This document shows, piece after piece, positions 28,105 to 37,005 of a stretch of 64,000 nucleotides of DNA. The DNA lies in contig JAKLKB010000020.1 of assembly GCA_023150835.1 (NCBI GenBank), positions 1-64,000 of the forward strand. Direction: 5' to 3'. The DNA is from Myxococcota bacterium. GTDB taxonomy: Bacteria; Myxococcota_C; UBA6777. Each line of letters begins with the position of its first letter. Position 1 is the stretch's first letter. A model generated the notes under the pieces. That model did not search any database and was not told the origin of the DNA. It saw nothing but the letters and a program-made list of their open reading frames with translations. Position numbers and translations under genes: made by a program.

Positions 28105-29103
28105 TTGTCGAAGCCGCAAGTTCTTTTGATCACCCACACAAAAGATAACCAGAGCATCCCGATGGTCGAAGAAGCGATCCGACGGCGTGGAGGCGAGCCG
28201 ATCCGCCTCGATACGGATCGCTATCCGTTGGAGGTCAAGATCAACACCCGTTACGAAAACAGCGGTTGGTCGCAACGGCTGAAAACGCCGAACGGAGACA
28301 TCGATTTGACCCAGTTGACGGCGGTGTGGTATCGGCGTTTCTATGCAGGTCACGGTTTGCCCGAAACACTCGGAGATCTGTACGATCCTTCGATTCAAGA
28401 GTCACGAAGGACGTTGTGGGGGAGCATCGCCTCTTTGTCGTGTTTCCAACTCGATCCGCTGTCGAGTGTACGCCGCGCTGATCACAAAGAAGTCCAAACC
28501 CGCAAAGCGATCGAGCTTGGATTGGATATCCCTCGCAGCTTATTCACCAACGATCCAGACGAAGCCCGCGCATTTATCGAATCCATTGATGGACCCGTGA
28601 TCACCAAGATGCAACATCCGTTTGCCGTATACCGCCAAGGCATCGAGAATGTGGTATTTACAACGCGCATTCAGCCCGATGATCTAAGTGCATTGGAAGG
28701 ATTGCGTTTTTGCCCGATGATCTTCCAAGAAGAGATCGTCAAGACCTTGGATGTGCGTGTCACGATCGTCGGCAAGCAGATCTTTTCTGCTGCGGTCGAT
28801 GCGCAAACCAAAGCTGAGACGCAAGTGGACTGGCGTCGCGATGGCGTCGGGCTGATCCGCTCTTGGAAACCGTACACCCTGCCCGAAGATATCCCCCCCA
28901 AGCTCCTTGCGCTCCAAAATTTTTTGGGGCTGAATTATGGGGCCATCGACTTTGTTGTTTCTCCTGAGGGTCGCCACGCCTTCCTTGAGGTGAACGCAGT
29001 GGGTGAGTTCTTTTGGCTTGTTGATACCCCCGGCCTTCCGATCCCTGACGCGCTCGCTGACACGCTTTTGGGCCGCGTCGAACGTATCCCCGCCGTTGTT
29101 TAA
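28105..29103 (+). CDS. mdnC: ATP-grasp RiPP maturase of the MdnC/MvdD (omega-ester-forming) type
   Basis: VLLITHTKDNQSIPMV...RLDTDRYP, AVWYRR, VITKM..FAVY, LEGLRFCPMIFQEEI, DWRRDG, GLNYGAIDFVV, FLEVNAVGEFFWL, colinear with Microcystis MdnC as I recall it; TTG start with GGAGG RBS. Confidence 0.93.
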   Translation: MSKPQVLLITHTKDNQSIPMVEEAIRRRGGEPIRLDTDRYPLEVKINTRYENSGWSQRLKTPNGDIDLTQLTAVWYRRFYAGHGLPETLGDLYDPSIQESRRTLWGSIASLSCFQLDPLSSVRRADHKEVQTRKAIELGLDIPRSLFTNDPDEARAFIESIDGPVITKMQHPFAVYRQGIENVVFTTRIQPDDLSALEGLRFCPMIFQEEIVKTLDVRVTIVGKQIFSAAVDAQTKAETQVDWRRDGVGLIRSWKPYTLPEDIPPKLLALQNFLGLNYGAIDFVVSPEGRHAFLEVNAVGEFFWLVDTPGLPIPDALADTLLGRVERIPAVV

Positions 29104-29372
29104 GTCCGACTGAACTTCTCTCCCTTAACTTCTCTTTAAGTCTTTTGCCCCCACCTAAACCACACCGAGCATGGCGTATGTTGGCCGAGTTGTGGCGTGC
29201 GGCCCCACACCCCGCAAGGGAGCTTTGGCCCCTTGACCTCGTATTATCGGGGTGTTCCGACGATTTTCAAACCAACGAAGAATCTGCTTGGAGTACCGCG
29301 AACACGAGCGTTTTTGTCAACGAGTTTCGCTTCTGTTTTCAAGCAAGTCTTCTTTTTTGTTCGGAGGCTCCG

Positions 29373-30932
29373 ATGTCTGCTCGACGTGCGTTATTTCAAA
29401 TGGTTTCTTGTGCCTTGTTTTTGTTGGTGAGTCCTTTTCTCGCGGGGTGCGGCAACACGCCGCTGTGCCAATCCGAAAAGGATTGCATGGGCGATCAATA
29501 CTGCTACCAAGGGACTTGCGCTCCGTTGTGCAAAAACAGCGGAGACTGCTTGGGCAACGATCAGTGCAATACAACATCCAGCCGTTGCGCCCCCAACGGC
29601 TCCATCGAAAAAGCCCCTTCAGAGCAAGCTCCCGCCGAACAAACCACCGCCGAGACATCCGAACAAGAAAACACCGCAGATGCCCATGACTCCGAGCCTA
29701 CGGCGGAAAACGATCAAGAAAAAGAAACCATCGCAGAGCCTCTTCCCGAAACAACGCAAGAATCGGCTCCAGAATCGCTTTGTGGGAACGGTCAAATCGA
29801 TGCAAACGAAGCATGCGATGGGACCAACTTTGGCGAAAAAACGTGCGAAAAGCTCGGATTTTCGGGAGGCTTGCTGAAGTGCAATGCTTGTGCAATCGAC
29901 ACATCGGCTTGCACCAAGACCAACACCTCGAACTTTGGGAAAACTTGTCCAAGCAGCGGATGTGGAAGCGGTCTTGTTTGTGTAAAATTCGATACAGACC
30001 TTTCGATCTGCACAGCTTACTGCGACGCCAACACCCCCTGCCCGACGCAACCGGCGGGGGCATCGTGTCGTTTTACGCTCGAAGGTAGCGGAAAAGAGAT
30101 CTGTGGGTGGGCCACAGAGTCAGGCGCTCCGCCCGTTTGCGGAAACAACCAAACCGATGCAGGCGAAGATTGCGATGGGAACTCGGTGTTTGCGACGTGC
30201 AAAGGTCTCGGTTATACAGGCGGAACACTCAAATGCGATGCTTCGTGCAAATACGATACATCCGCATGTAGCGGACAAACCCTCTGCACGAGCCTCCCTC
30301 CCCGCCACTGCACCGATCCAAGCTGCTCACAGATCATCGCTTTTACACCGACCGCTGATAACGGATACATCGCGCTTCACGGCAACACCTTTAGCTGGCT
30401 GCGCCGAGATGCAGTGACGTTCGTCAAATATGCCACCGCGATCGTCAGTTGCGTCTTCCCCAACACACCGCCCCTTGGACTTGGGGACATGAGTATGCAA
30501 AACGGCCAAACACCCGCCGAAAACGGCCAGCTACGCCACCCCCAAGGAACACACGTCTACGGAACCGATATCGATCTCGCCTACTATCAAACAAACACCG
30601 CGAACAACCATCTACGGGCCGTTTGCGAACACTACACCAACGGGCAAGATCAATATCACTGCGTCTCACAACCCACCCTGCTCGAACCCAAACGAACGGC
30701 CTTTTTCCTCGCAAACATCCTTGCTTCTGCAAGAGTCCGTGTCATCGGCGTCGATGGAAAAGTCGGTCCCAAGCTTTTAACTGCGATCGATGAGTTGGCG
30801 CGTGATGGCCTGATCTCACCTGCCGCCCAACAACGCTTCAAAAGCGGCACCGTGACGTGGGAGGAAACCGACACCAAACGCGGCTGGTTCTATTTCCACC
30901 ACCACCACACGCACATCAGCTTTACGCGCTAA
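29373..30932 (+). CDS. Cys-rich lipoprotein with a C-terminal MepA-like (M74/LAS-type) murein endopeptidase domain
   Basis: Lipobox FLAGC; Cys-rich repeats (CGNG..D.NEACDG); GLGDMS...HPQGTHVYGTDIDLAYY and terminal HHHHTHISF; start re-called at ATG 29373 after GGAGG. Confidence 0.75.
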   Translation: MSARRALFQMVSCALFLLVSPFLAGCGNTPLCQSEKDCMGDQYCYQGTCAPLCKNSGDCLGNDQCNTTSSRCAPNGSIEKAPSEQAPAEQTTAETSEQENTADAHDSEPTAENDQEKETIAEPLPETTQESAPESLCGNGQIDANEACDGTNFGEKTCEKLGFSGGLLKCNACAIDTSACTKTNTSNFGKTCPSSGCGSGLVCVKFDTDLSICTAYCDANTPCPTQPAGASCRFTLEGSGKEICGWATESGAPPVCGNNQTDAGEDCDGNSVFATCKGLGYTGGTLKCDASCKYDTSACSGQTLCTSLPPRHCTDPSCSQIIAFTPTADNGYIALHGNTFSWLRRDAVTFVKYATAIVSCVFPNTPPLGLGDMSMQNGQTPAENGQLRHPQGTHVYGTDIDLAYYQTNTANNHLRAVCEHYTNGQDQYHCVSQPTLLEPKRTAFFLANILASARVRVIGVDGKVGPKLLTAIDELARDGLISPAAQQRFKSGTVTWEETDTKRGWFYFHHHHTHISFTR

Positions 30933-31045
30933 TACGATATCCGTAAGAAGCGTACACAAAGCATCATTCGGAGACGCCCGATTATCGGGCAGCCACAGGG
31001 GGCTGCCCCTACATTTTGACGATCACACTATGGGCGGATTTCGTA
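30933..31045. mobile_element. 113-bp MITE/REP-like element (copy A)
   Basis: Ends TACGATATCCG and CGGATTTCGTA; internal hairpin GGGCAGCC-ACAGG-GGGCTGCCCCTAC; begins immediately after the TAA stop. Confidence 0.75.
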
Positions 31046-31209
31046 TAATCTACCACCACGCGCACATCAGCCCAACCCGCCAATCCACGACAACCACGTA
31101 CACATCCGTTTTAAGACACGGGGTTTTTTTGAGAAAAAAGAATAAGGGGGAAGGATTGTTGATTAGCGAAGGACAAAAAACAAAGGGTGGGAAAATGGGG
31201 GGATTTGTA

Positions 31210-31282
31210 AGCGGGAGACGGGGATCGAACCCGCGACCTTCAGCTTGGGAAGCTGACGCTCTACCAATTGAGCTACTCCCGC
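31210..31282 (-). tRNA. tRNA-Gly(CCC); CCA not encoded
   Basis: Reverse complement GCGGGAGTAGCTCAATTGGTAGAGCGTCAGCTTCCCAAGCTGAAGGTCGCGGGTTCGATCCCCGTCTCCCGCT folds as a cloverleaf; anticodon loop TTCCCAA. Confidence 0.96.
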
Positions 31283-31713
31283 AGATAGGGCTAGGGTGTA
31301 GCGCAAGCAGCGCAGGTTGTCAAGAGCAAAGATCAGCCGCTGCAAGACTGAGCAAGGATTCATTGTTTTTGAAAGAGTGGGCGGAGCGGATCAAGCTAGA
31401 CGGATGGGGAGAGAAGAGAAGAAGGGCAAGGAGAACAGAGCAAGCGGAGCAAAAACCAGTCTTGACTTTCTGCGGGAGTCTTGGTAAGAGCGCTTGCGTT
31501 TACGGGCTTGGATGTTTTTTGCAAAAGAGACGGATCGCGCAAGCGCATCGGTTTCAGGGTGCGGAGCATCAAGGGAAGCCGAAAGAGTCCATGAAGAGAA
31601 GCGAATGTTCGACGGGCGAAAGATCGCCTGCCTTTTGGAAGCTCTGAAACCACGATCCGTTGGGGTGGATGGGCCAGAGCGATAGACAACACCAGCGATT
31701 GAGGAGAGTGCAG

Positions 31714-32994
31714 ATGGCACGCAAAGGTATTCGTGAATACGACGCCAAGCGGATGTTGGCCACAGCCCTGACCGGTTACGATGGTCGGGTTGCCTTGGTG
31801 GGTCCCGGTGAAGATCTCAGAAAGAAAGCGGAAGAGTACCCTTGGTTGAAGACCGAGAAGCTGGTGGCGAAACCGGATCAACTTTTCGGAAAGCGCGGAA
31901 AGAACGGTCTGATCTGTTTGAACAAAGGTCTCGAAGAAACAGCGGCTTGGATCAACGAGCGCATGAACAAAGAAGTGACGCTGTTGAGCGGCGTGAAGGG
32001 CGTGTTGACGCACTTTATCGTGGAAGTGTTCACTCCGTTTGACGCGGATACACGCGAATATTACTTGTCTCTCGATCTGGATGTGAACGGCGATATCCTT
32101 CGCTTGTCCAATTCGGGCGGCATCGATGTGGAAGAGTACATGGGCGACGAGAACAAATTCGTCGAAGTGATGCTCAACGGTGACAAAGCCTTTGATCCCC
32201 AAGATGTCGATGCAGCGGTGAAAAAGCTGTTTCCTGCAAATCACCACGCTTCCGTGCATCGCTTTATCAAAGAAACCTACAGCCACTTTGTGGCGGGTGG
32301 TTACACGCTGTTGGAGATCAACCCCTTTGTGGTGTTGGGCGATGGTCGTGCGCAACCGCTCGATATGGTCGCGAAAGTGGACGACACCGCAGCGTTCGAG
32401 ACCCGCAAGATGTGGGGCGACAATCTGGAGTTTCCTGCTGCGTTCGGTGAACACCTGACGCCCGCCGAAGAATTCGTGCGCGAGTTGGACTCCAAGACAG
32501 GCGCATCGTTGAAACTGCGTATCCTGAACCCGAAAGGCCGTGTGTGGAACATGGTTGCGGGTGGTGGTGCATCGGTGATCTATGCGGACACCGTGTGCGA
32601 CTTGGGCTTTGCCAACGAGCTTGCGATGTATGGCGAATACTCGGGCAACCCCGACACCAACAACACCTACCTATACGCCAAGACGGTTCTTGAGCAGATG
32701 ACCGCAGAGAAAGATCCCCAAGGACGGCCCAAGTTCCTGCTTTTGGGCGGTGGTATCGCGAACTTTACGGACGTGGCCAAGACGTTTACGGGCATCATCA
32801 TGGCGATGCAAGAGTTGGCAGAAAAGATGAAAGAGGTCGATGTGCGCGTGTTTGTGCGTCGTGCAGGTCCCAACTACAAGGAAGGTCTCATCAAATTGAA
32901 GGCCGCCGGCCAGCGTTTGGGGATCCCCATCGAAGTGCATGGCCCTGAAACACACATGACTCAGATCGTGGCTGATGCGCTGTTGCGCAAATAA
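31714..32994 (+). CDS. aclB: ATP-citrate lyase, ATP-grasp/citrate-binding subunit
   Basis: MARKGIREYDAK, LVAKPDQLFGKRGKNGL, LEINP, SLKLRILNPKGRVWNMVAGGGASVIYAD, YGEYSG, GGGIANFTDVAKTF, VRRAGPNY. Confidence 0.95.
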   Translation: MARKGIREYDAKRMLATALTGYDGRVALVGPGEDLRKKAEEYPWLKTEKLVAKPDQLFGKRGKNGLICLNKGLEETAAWINERMNKEVTLLSGVKGVLTHFIVEVFTPFDADTREYYLSLDLDVNGDILRLSNSGGIDVEEYMGDENKFVEVMLNGDKAFDPQDVDAAVKKLFPANHHASVHRFIKETYSHFVAGGYTLLEINPFVVLGDGRAQPLDMVAKVDDTAAFETRKMWGDNLEFPAAFGEHLTPAEEFVRELDSKTGASLKLRILNPKGRVWNMVAGGGASVIYADTVCDLGFANELAMYGEYSGNPDTNNTYLYAKTVLEQMTAEKDPQGRPKFLLLGGGIANFTDVAKTFTGIIMAMQELAEKMKEVDVRVFVRRAGPNYKEGLIKLKAAGQRLGIPIEVHGPETHMTQIVADALLRK

Positions 32995-33056
32995 TGGCTG
33001 CGCTGCTTCGAAACGACACAGCGAATCGCAAATCGCGCACATAAGGGAGAAAACAG

Positions 33057-34901
33057 ATGAGCCGACCCAGTTACCAGCTCTTCGATAAAAATACCACCGC
33101 GCTGATCTACGGGATGCAGACCGCAGCGGTGCAACGTATGCTTGACTTTGACTTTGCTTGCCGTCGCGCCAAGCCCTCCGTTTCCGCGTTGATCAACCCG
33201 GGTAGCGAAGGCTACGAGAAGATCTTTTGGGGCACAAAAGAGATCCTTCTACCCGTGTTTCCTGATATCGCCTCGGCTGCCAAAGCCTGCCCTGAATCCG
33301 ATGTGTTGATCAACTTCGCCTCGTATCGTTCGGCCTATCCGACGACGCTCGAAGCGATGGCGATCCCCCAACTCCGCACGCTCGTGATCATCGCCGAAGG
33401 CGTTCCCGAGCGCCGCGCCCGTCATCTGCGCGGTCTCGCCCGTGAGAAGGGTATCAACATCATCGGTCCCGCGACCGTTGGTGGGATCAAAGCAGGTGTG
33501 TTCCGTATCGCCAACACGGGCGGAACCATCGAAAACATCGTCAGCTCCAAACTGCATCGCCCGGGTTCTGTGGGCTTTGTGTCCAAATCAGGCGGGATGT
33601 CCAACGAGTCCTACAACGTGATCGCCCAATGCACCGACGGCGTCAACGAAGGGATCGCGATCGGTGGCGATGCGTTCCCCTGTTCGACGTTGCTTGATCA
33701 CCTGCTGCGTTTCCAAGACAACCCTGACATCAAGATGATGGTGTGTCTCGGTGAAGTGGGCGGCGAAGAAGAATACCGTATCGCCGAGGCCATCGCGAGC
33801 GGACGCATCACCAAACCCGTTGTGGCATGGGTGACAGGAACCTCGCTCGAACACCTGCCCCAAGGCGTACAGTTCGGACACGCCGGCGCAAAAGCCGATG
33901 TCAAGCGCGAAACCGCACCCGCCAAAAACGAGGCACTGCGCAAAGCCGGTGCGATCGTTCCCGAGTCTTTCAACGACTACGGCAAAGCGATCAAAGACAC
34001 CTTCGACAAACTCGTTGCCGAAGGCAAACACACGCCGATCGCAGATGTCGAACCACAAAACGTCCCGATGGACTTCAAAAGCGCTGTGGCGCTCAAGATG
34101 GTTCGCCGTCCCACCAACTTCATCTGCACGATCACCGATGATGCGGGTGATGAACTCAACTACGCAGGCCACAAGATCAGCAAGGTGATCAGCGAAAACT
34201 ACAGCATCGGCGATGTCTTGTCGCTGTTGTGGTTCCGCGAGCGCCTTCCCAAGTGGGCCACCGACTTCTTGGAGATGGTGATCAAGTTGACTGCGGATCA
34301 CGGCCCCGCAGTATCGGGCGCACACAACGCGATCGTCACGGCTCGCGCAGGACGCGATCTGATGAGCGCGGTGGCGTCGGGTATCTTGACCATCGGTCCG
34401 CGTTTTGGGGGTGCTGTCGCAGGTGCCGCAGTGATGTTCAAAGATGCGTACGACCGCAAGCTCAATGCCGTCCAATTCATCGATGAAAAGAAAAAGCAAA
34501 ACGTCAACGTTCAAGGGATCGGCCACCGCATCAAGTCGCTGCGCAATCCCGACATGCGCGTTGTCTTGCTCAAAAAATATGCAGACGAACATTTCCCCCA
34601 ACATCCCCTGCTTGACTTTGCTCTCGAAGTCGAACAAGTGACGACACAGAAAAAAGATACCTTGATCCTCAACGTGGACGGTGCCATCGGCGTGTTGTGC
34701 GTCGATATGATGTACGCATGCGGCTTCTCCGAGCGTCGCGTGCAAGACGTTGTCGATGCAGGCGCACTCAACGGCTTGTTCTTGCTTGGCCGTACCATCG
34801 GCATGGTCGGTCACTTTATGGATCAACACCGCCTCAAAGCGCCGCTCTATCGCCATCCTTGGGACGATATCCTCTACGACTTGCCCGCAGACGCAGAATA
34901 A
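33057..34901 (+). CDS. aclA: ATP-citrate lyase, CoA-binding/phospho-His/citryl-CoA lyase subunit
   Basis: QRMLDFDF, IIGPATVGGI, SKSGGMSNE, QFGHAGA (phospho-His), ADHGPAVSGAHN, GIGHRIKS, LILNVDG, LYRHPWDDI. Confidence 0.96.
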   Translation: MSRPSYQLFDKNTTALIYGMQTAAVQRMLDFDFACRRAKPSVSALINPGSEGYEKIFWGTKEILLPVFPDIASAAKACPESDVLINFASYRSAYPTTLEAMAIPQLRTLVIIAEGVPERRARHLRGLAREKGINIIGPATVGGIKAGVFRIANTGGTIENIVSSKLHRPGSVGFVSKSGGMSNESYNVIAQCTDGVNEGIAIGGDAFPCSTLLDHLLRFQDNPDIKMMVCLGEVGGEEEYRIAEAIASGRITKPVVAWVTGTSLEHLPQGVQFGHAGAKADVKRETAPAKNEALRKAGAIVPESFNDYGKAIKDTFDKLVAEGKHTPIADVEPQNVPMDFKSAVALKMVRRPTNFICTITDDAGDELNYAGHKISKVISENYSIGDVLSLLWFRERLPKWATDFLEMVIKLTADHGPAVSGAHNAIVTARAGRDLMSAVASGILTIGPRFGGAVAGAAVMFKDAYDRKLNAVQFIDEKKKQNVNVQGIGHRIKSLRNPDMRVVLLKKYADEHFPQHPLLDFALEVEQVTTQKKDTLILNVDGAIGVLCVDMMYACGFSERRVQDVVDAGALNGLFLLGRTIGMVGHFMDQHRLKAPLYRHPWDDILYDLPADAE

Positions 34902-34920
34902 TCGTCGTTATCTTCTTTTA

Positions 34921-34956
34921 CAGCGCGCTCCGCTCGGGGCGCGCTGTTCTGCTTTT
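34921..34956 (+). terminator. Probable intrinsic terminator after aclA
   Basis: Stem CAGCGCGCTCC/GGGGCGCGCTG followed by TTCTGCTTTT. Confidence 0.6.
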
Positions 34957-35151
34957 CTCCCACAACATCGCTGCTTTTCGCACCCTTCGGATGTACACCA
35001 CCACGATACTTTTGCGAAAAGAGCGATCTTCAAAAAAATCAACAAGCGACACCCTAGAACAACATTCTATCCAACACACGATAGCGCCCGTCGCATCGAG
35101 TCAACGAGCCTCGATCGCTGACGACGGCCTGACAGTACAGAGGAGACGAGT

Positions 35152-36891
35152 ATGTCCCAAATCGATGTCTTGTATTTTCCCGGTGATGATCGTGCAGAAG
35201 ATGCCAGCGAAGTCGCCAAAGACGTTGCCAACGCTGCACTTGCGCGTGCCAACGAGATCGTGGGTTCGAGCCACAAGTTCAACTGGATCTCTGAGAACGA
35301 AGATCCCCGACTGACCGTGGGTTTGCGCCTGTGGTTGCGGTTGAAAAACCAATTTGACCTGCCCGTTCTCAACGAAAACGACGCACGCGATAAAGAAGTC
35401 CTCAACTTCATCTTGAAGTCCGATATCACGGACATTCAGGCCAAGTACCCCAAAGTTCAGGCGTCTGATCTGGCCTTCATCCGCGACGCGGCGCAATCGT
35501 TGTTGGACATGAACGTGTTGGTGCCTTCGGATGGCGTACTCGAAGCGTTGAATCGCGTGGGCTACTCCTACAAAGGCGCGACCGGCACGCTCTCTGGCAA
35601 AGGCACCCCCGCAAGCATCAACGTGTTTATTCGCCAAAAACTCGAATCCGACGCTTGTGTGCGCGATTTCAAAAACGTGGCCCCTCGCAAACACAAATCC
35701 GTGGATGTCGATATGGCCGTATTTGTGGGCTGTGAAGGCGTGACCTCCGAGTCTGAACACCTCGTCGGAACGGGCTACACCGACGCCAAGATCATCACCA
35801 AAAAATCGGCAGCGGTGATCCAAAAAGCCTTTGAATACGCCAAAGCCAAAGGCATCGACAAGGTCTATGTTGCGGAAAAAGGCAACATCTTGAAAGAGTC
35901 GGACAACGCCTTCATCGATCTGGCAAAAGCCGCAGAAGCCGAAACAGGCGTGAAGATGGAATACATCATCTTCGACAACTTCTTGCAACGCATCACCAAA
36001 AACCCCGATTGGTTCAAGGTGGTCGTCACTTCTCGCTTCAATGGCGAAGAGTTCTTGGTTCCCCTTGCCGTCGCCATGTTCAACGAAGTCGAACGCGAAG
36101 ATCTCGGAAAAGATGTGGGCGTCTTCTCCCGCTACGTCGGCAAAAACATCGACTACACCAAAACCAAGATCGACACCCGCTGCTATCGCCAAAACAACGA
36201 GTGTTTCTACATCGGCGAAGACAAACGAACCGAAACCGAATCCATCAACTTCCGCCGCATCACCCGCAAGATGTCCGAAAATATCATCCGCTACTCGCTC
36301 GATGATACGCTTGTGCGCGGTGCAAAACGCTTGTTCATCCTGTATTCACCGTACCTCGCAGGCGACAAGCTCTTCCTCCAAGTGGGCCGAGAGATCGCCC
36401 GCGAAGAAAAGTACAAATCCATCGATGTGGTGTTTATGACCATCGGCGACTACTGCTGGTACACCGTCCATCGCCCCGAATCGGTCGAAGGCGTGGTGGG
36501 AACCAACTTGACGATGGACTTTTTGACCGACGCAGAAGCCTCGAAGATCGGTGGGATCGGGATGATGCCCAGCTTCAATTACACCCTTGAGACGGGCATT
36601 ATGGTGTCCGAACCCGGCCACGGGACTGCTCCCGACCTCCAGCCCAACCAGATCAACCCCGGTGCTTCGATCTGGGCGATGGCTGCGTTGCTTGAGCGTA
36701 TGAGCGACGACCTCAGCGGTCGGATCACTCCCGACCAAAAGAAAACACTCGCCAAAGCCGCAGAACTCGTCTACAAAGCCACCACGCAATTCTACTCCGC
36801 AGGCCAAAACTTGACGGGTGATCTCGGCGGAACCGGCACCACCACAGGCGTCGGCGATGGCATCAAAACCATCCTCCATTCCCTCCAATAG
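35152..36891 (+). CDS. icd: Isocitrate dehydrogenase-family protein with an internally duplicated small domain; probably NAD+-dependent
   Basis: FPGDD, KGATGT...SINVFIR...ACVR, KGNILK, IFDNFL, RQNNECFY, NLTMDFLTD, EPGHGTAPDL, INP, LTGDLGG. Confidence 0.8.
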   Translation: MSQIDVLYFPGDDRAEDASEVAKDVANAALARANEIVGSSHKFNWISENEDPRLTVGLRLWLRLKNQFDLPVLNENDARDKEVLNFILKSDITDIQAKYPKVQASDLAFIRDAAQSLLDMNVLVPSDGVLEALNRVGYSYKGATGTLSGKGTPASINVFIRQKLESDACVRDFKNVAPRKHKSVDVDMAVFVGCEGVTSESEHLVGTGYTDAKIITKKSAAVIQKAFEYAKAKGIDKVYVAEKGNILKESDNAFIDLAKAAEAETGVKMEYIIFDNFLQRITKNPDWFKVVVTSRFNGEEFLVPLAVAMFNEVEREDLGKDVGVFSRYVGKNIDYTKTKIDTRCYRQNNECFYIGEDKRTETESINFRRITRKMSENIIRYSLDDTLVRGAKRLFILYSPYLAGDKLFLQVGREIAREEKYKSIDVVFMTIGDYCWYTVHRPESVEGVVGTNLTMDFLTDAEASKIGGIGMMPSFNYTLETGIMVSEPGHGTAPDLQPNQINPGASIWAMAALLERMSDDLSGRITPDQKKTLAKAAELVYKATTQFYSAGQNLTGDLGGTGTTTGVGDGIKTILHSLQ

Positions 36892-37005
36892 TACGAGATC
36901 CGAGTGATCTGTGATCGAAGGGGAGCGCGGAGACGCCCGATTGTAGGGGCAGACCCCTGTGTCTGCCCCCACGTCCTTACGATCACACAACGGGCGGATC
37001 TCGTA
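36892..37005. mobile_element. 114-bp MITE/REP-like element (copy B) filling the entire gap between two convergent stop codons
   Basis: Perfect 11-bp TIR TACGAGATCCG/CGGATCTCGTA; internal hairpin GTAGGGGCAGAC-CCCTGT-GTCTGCCCC. Confidence 0.8.

Noticed and set aside
31210-31282. tRNA-Gly as an integration site for a genomic island carrying the graspetide locus
   Set aside because: No integrase, no duplicated tRNA 3' end and no obvious compositional shift were seen in the window
31714-34901. Succinyl-CoA synthetase (sucCD) call, or evidence of autotrophic rTCA
   Set aside because: The citryl-CoA lyase domain and ACL-specific motifs identify ACL. The other rTCA enzymes are not in the window, so autotrophy cannot be claimed
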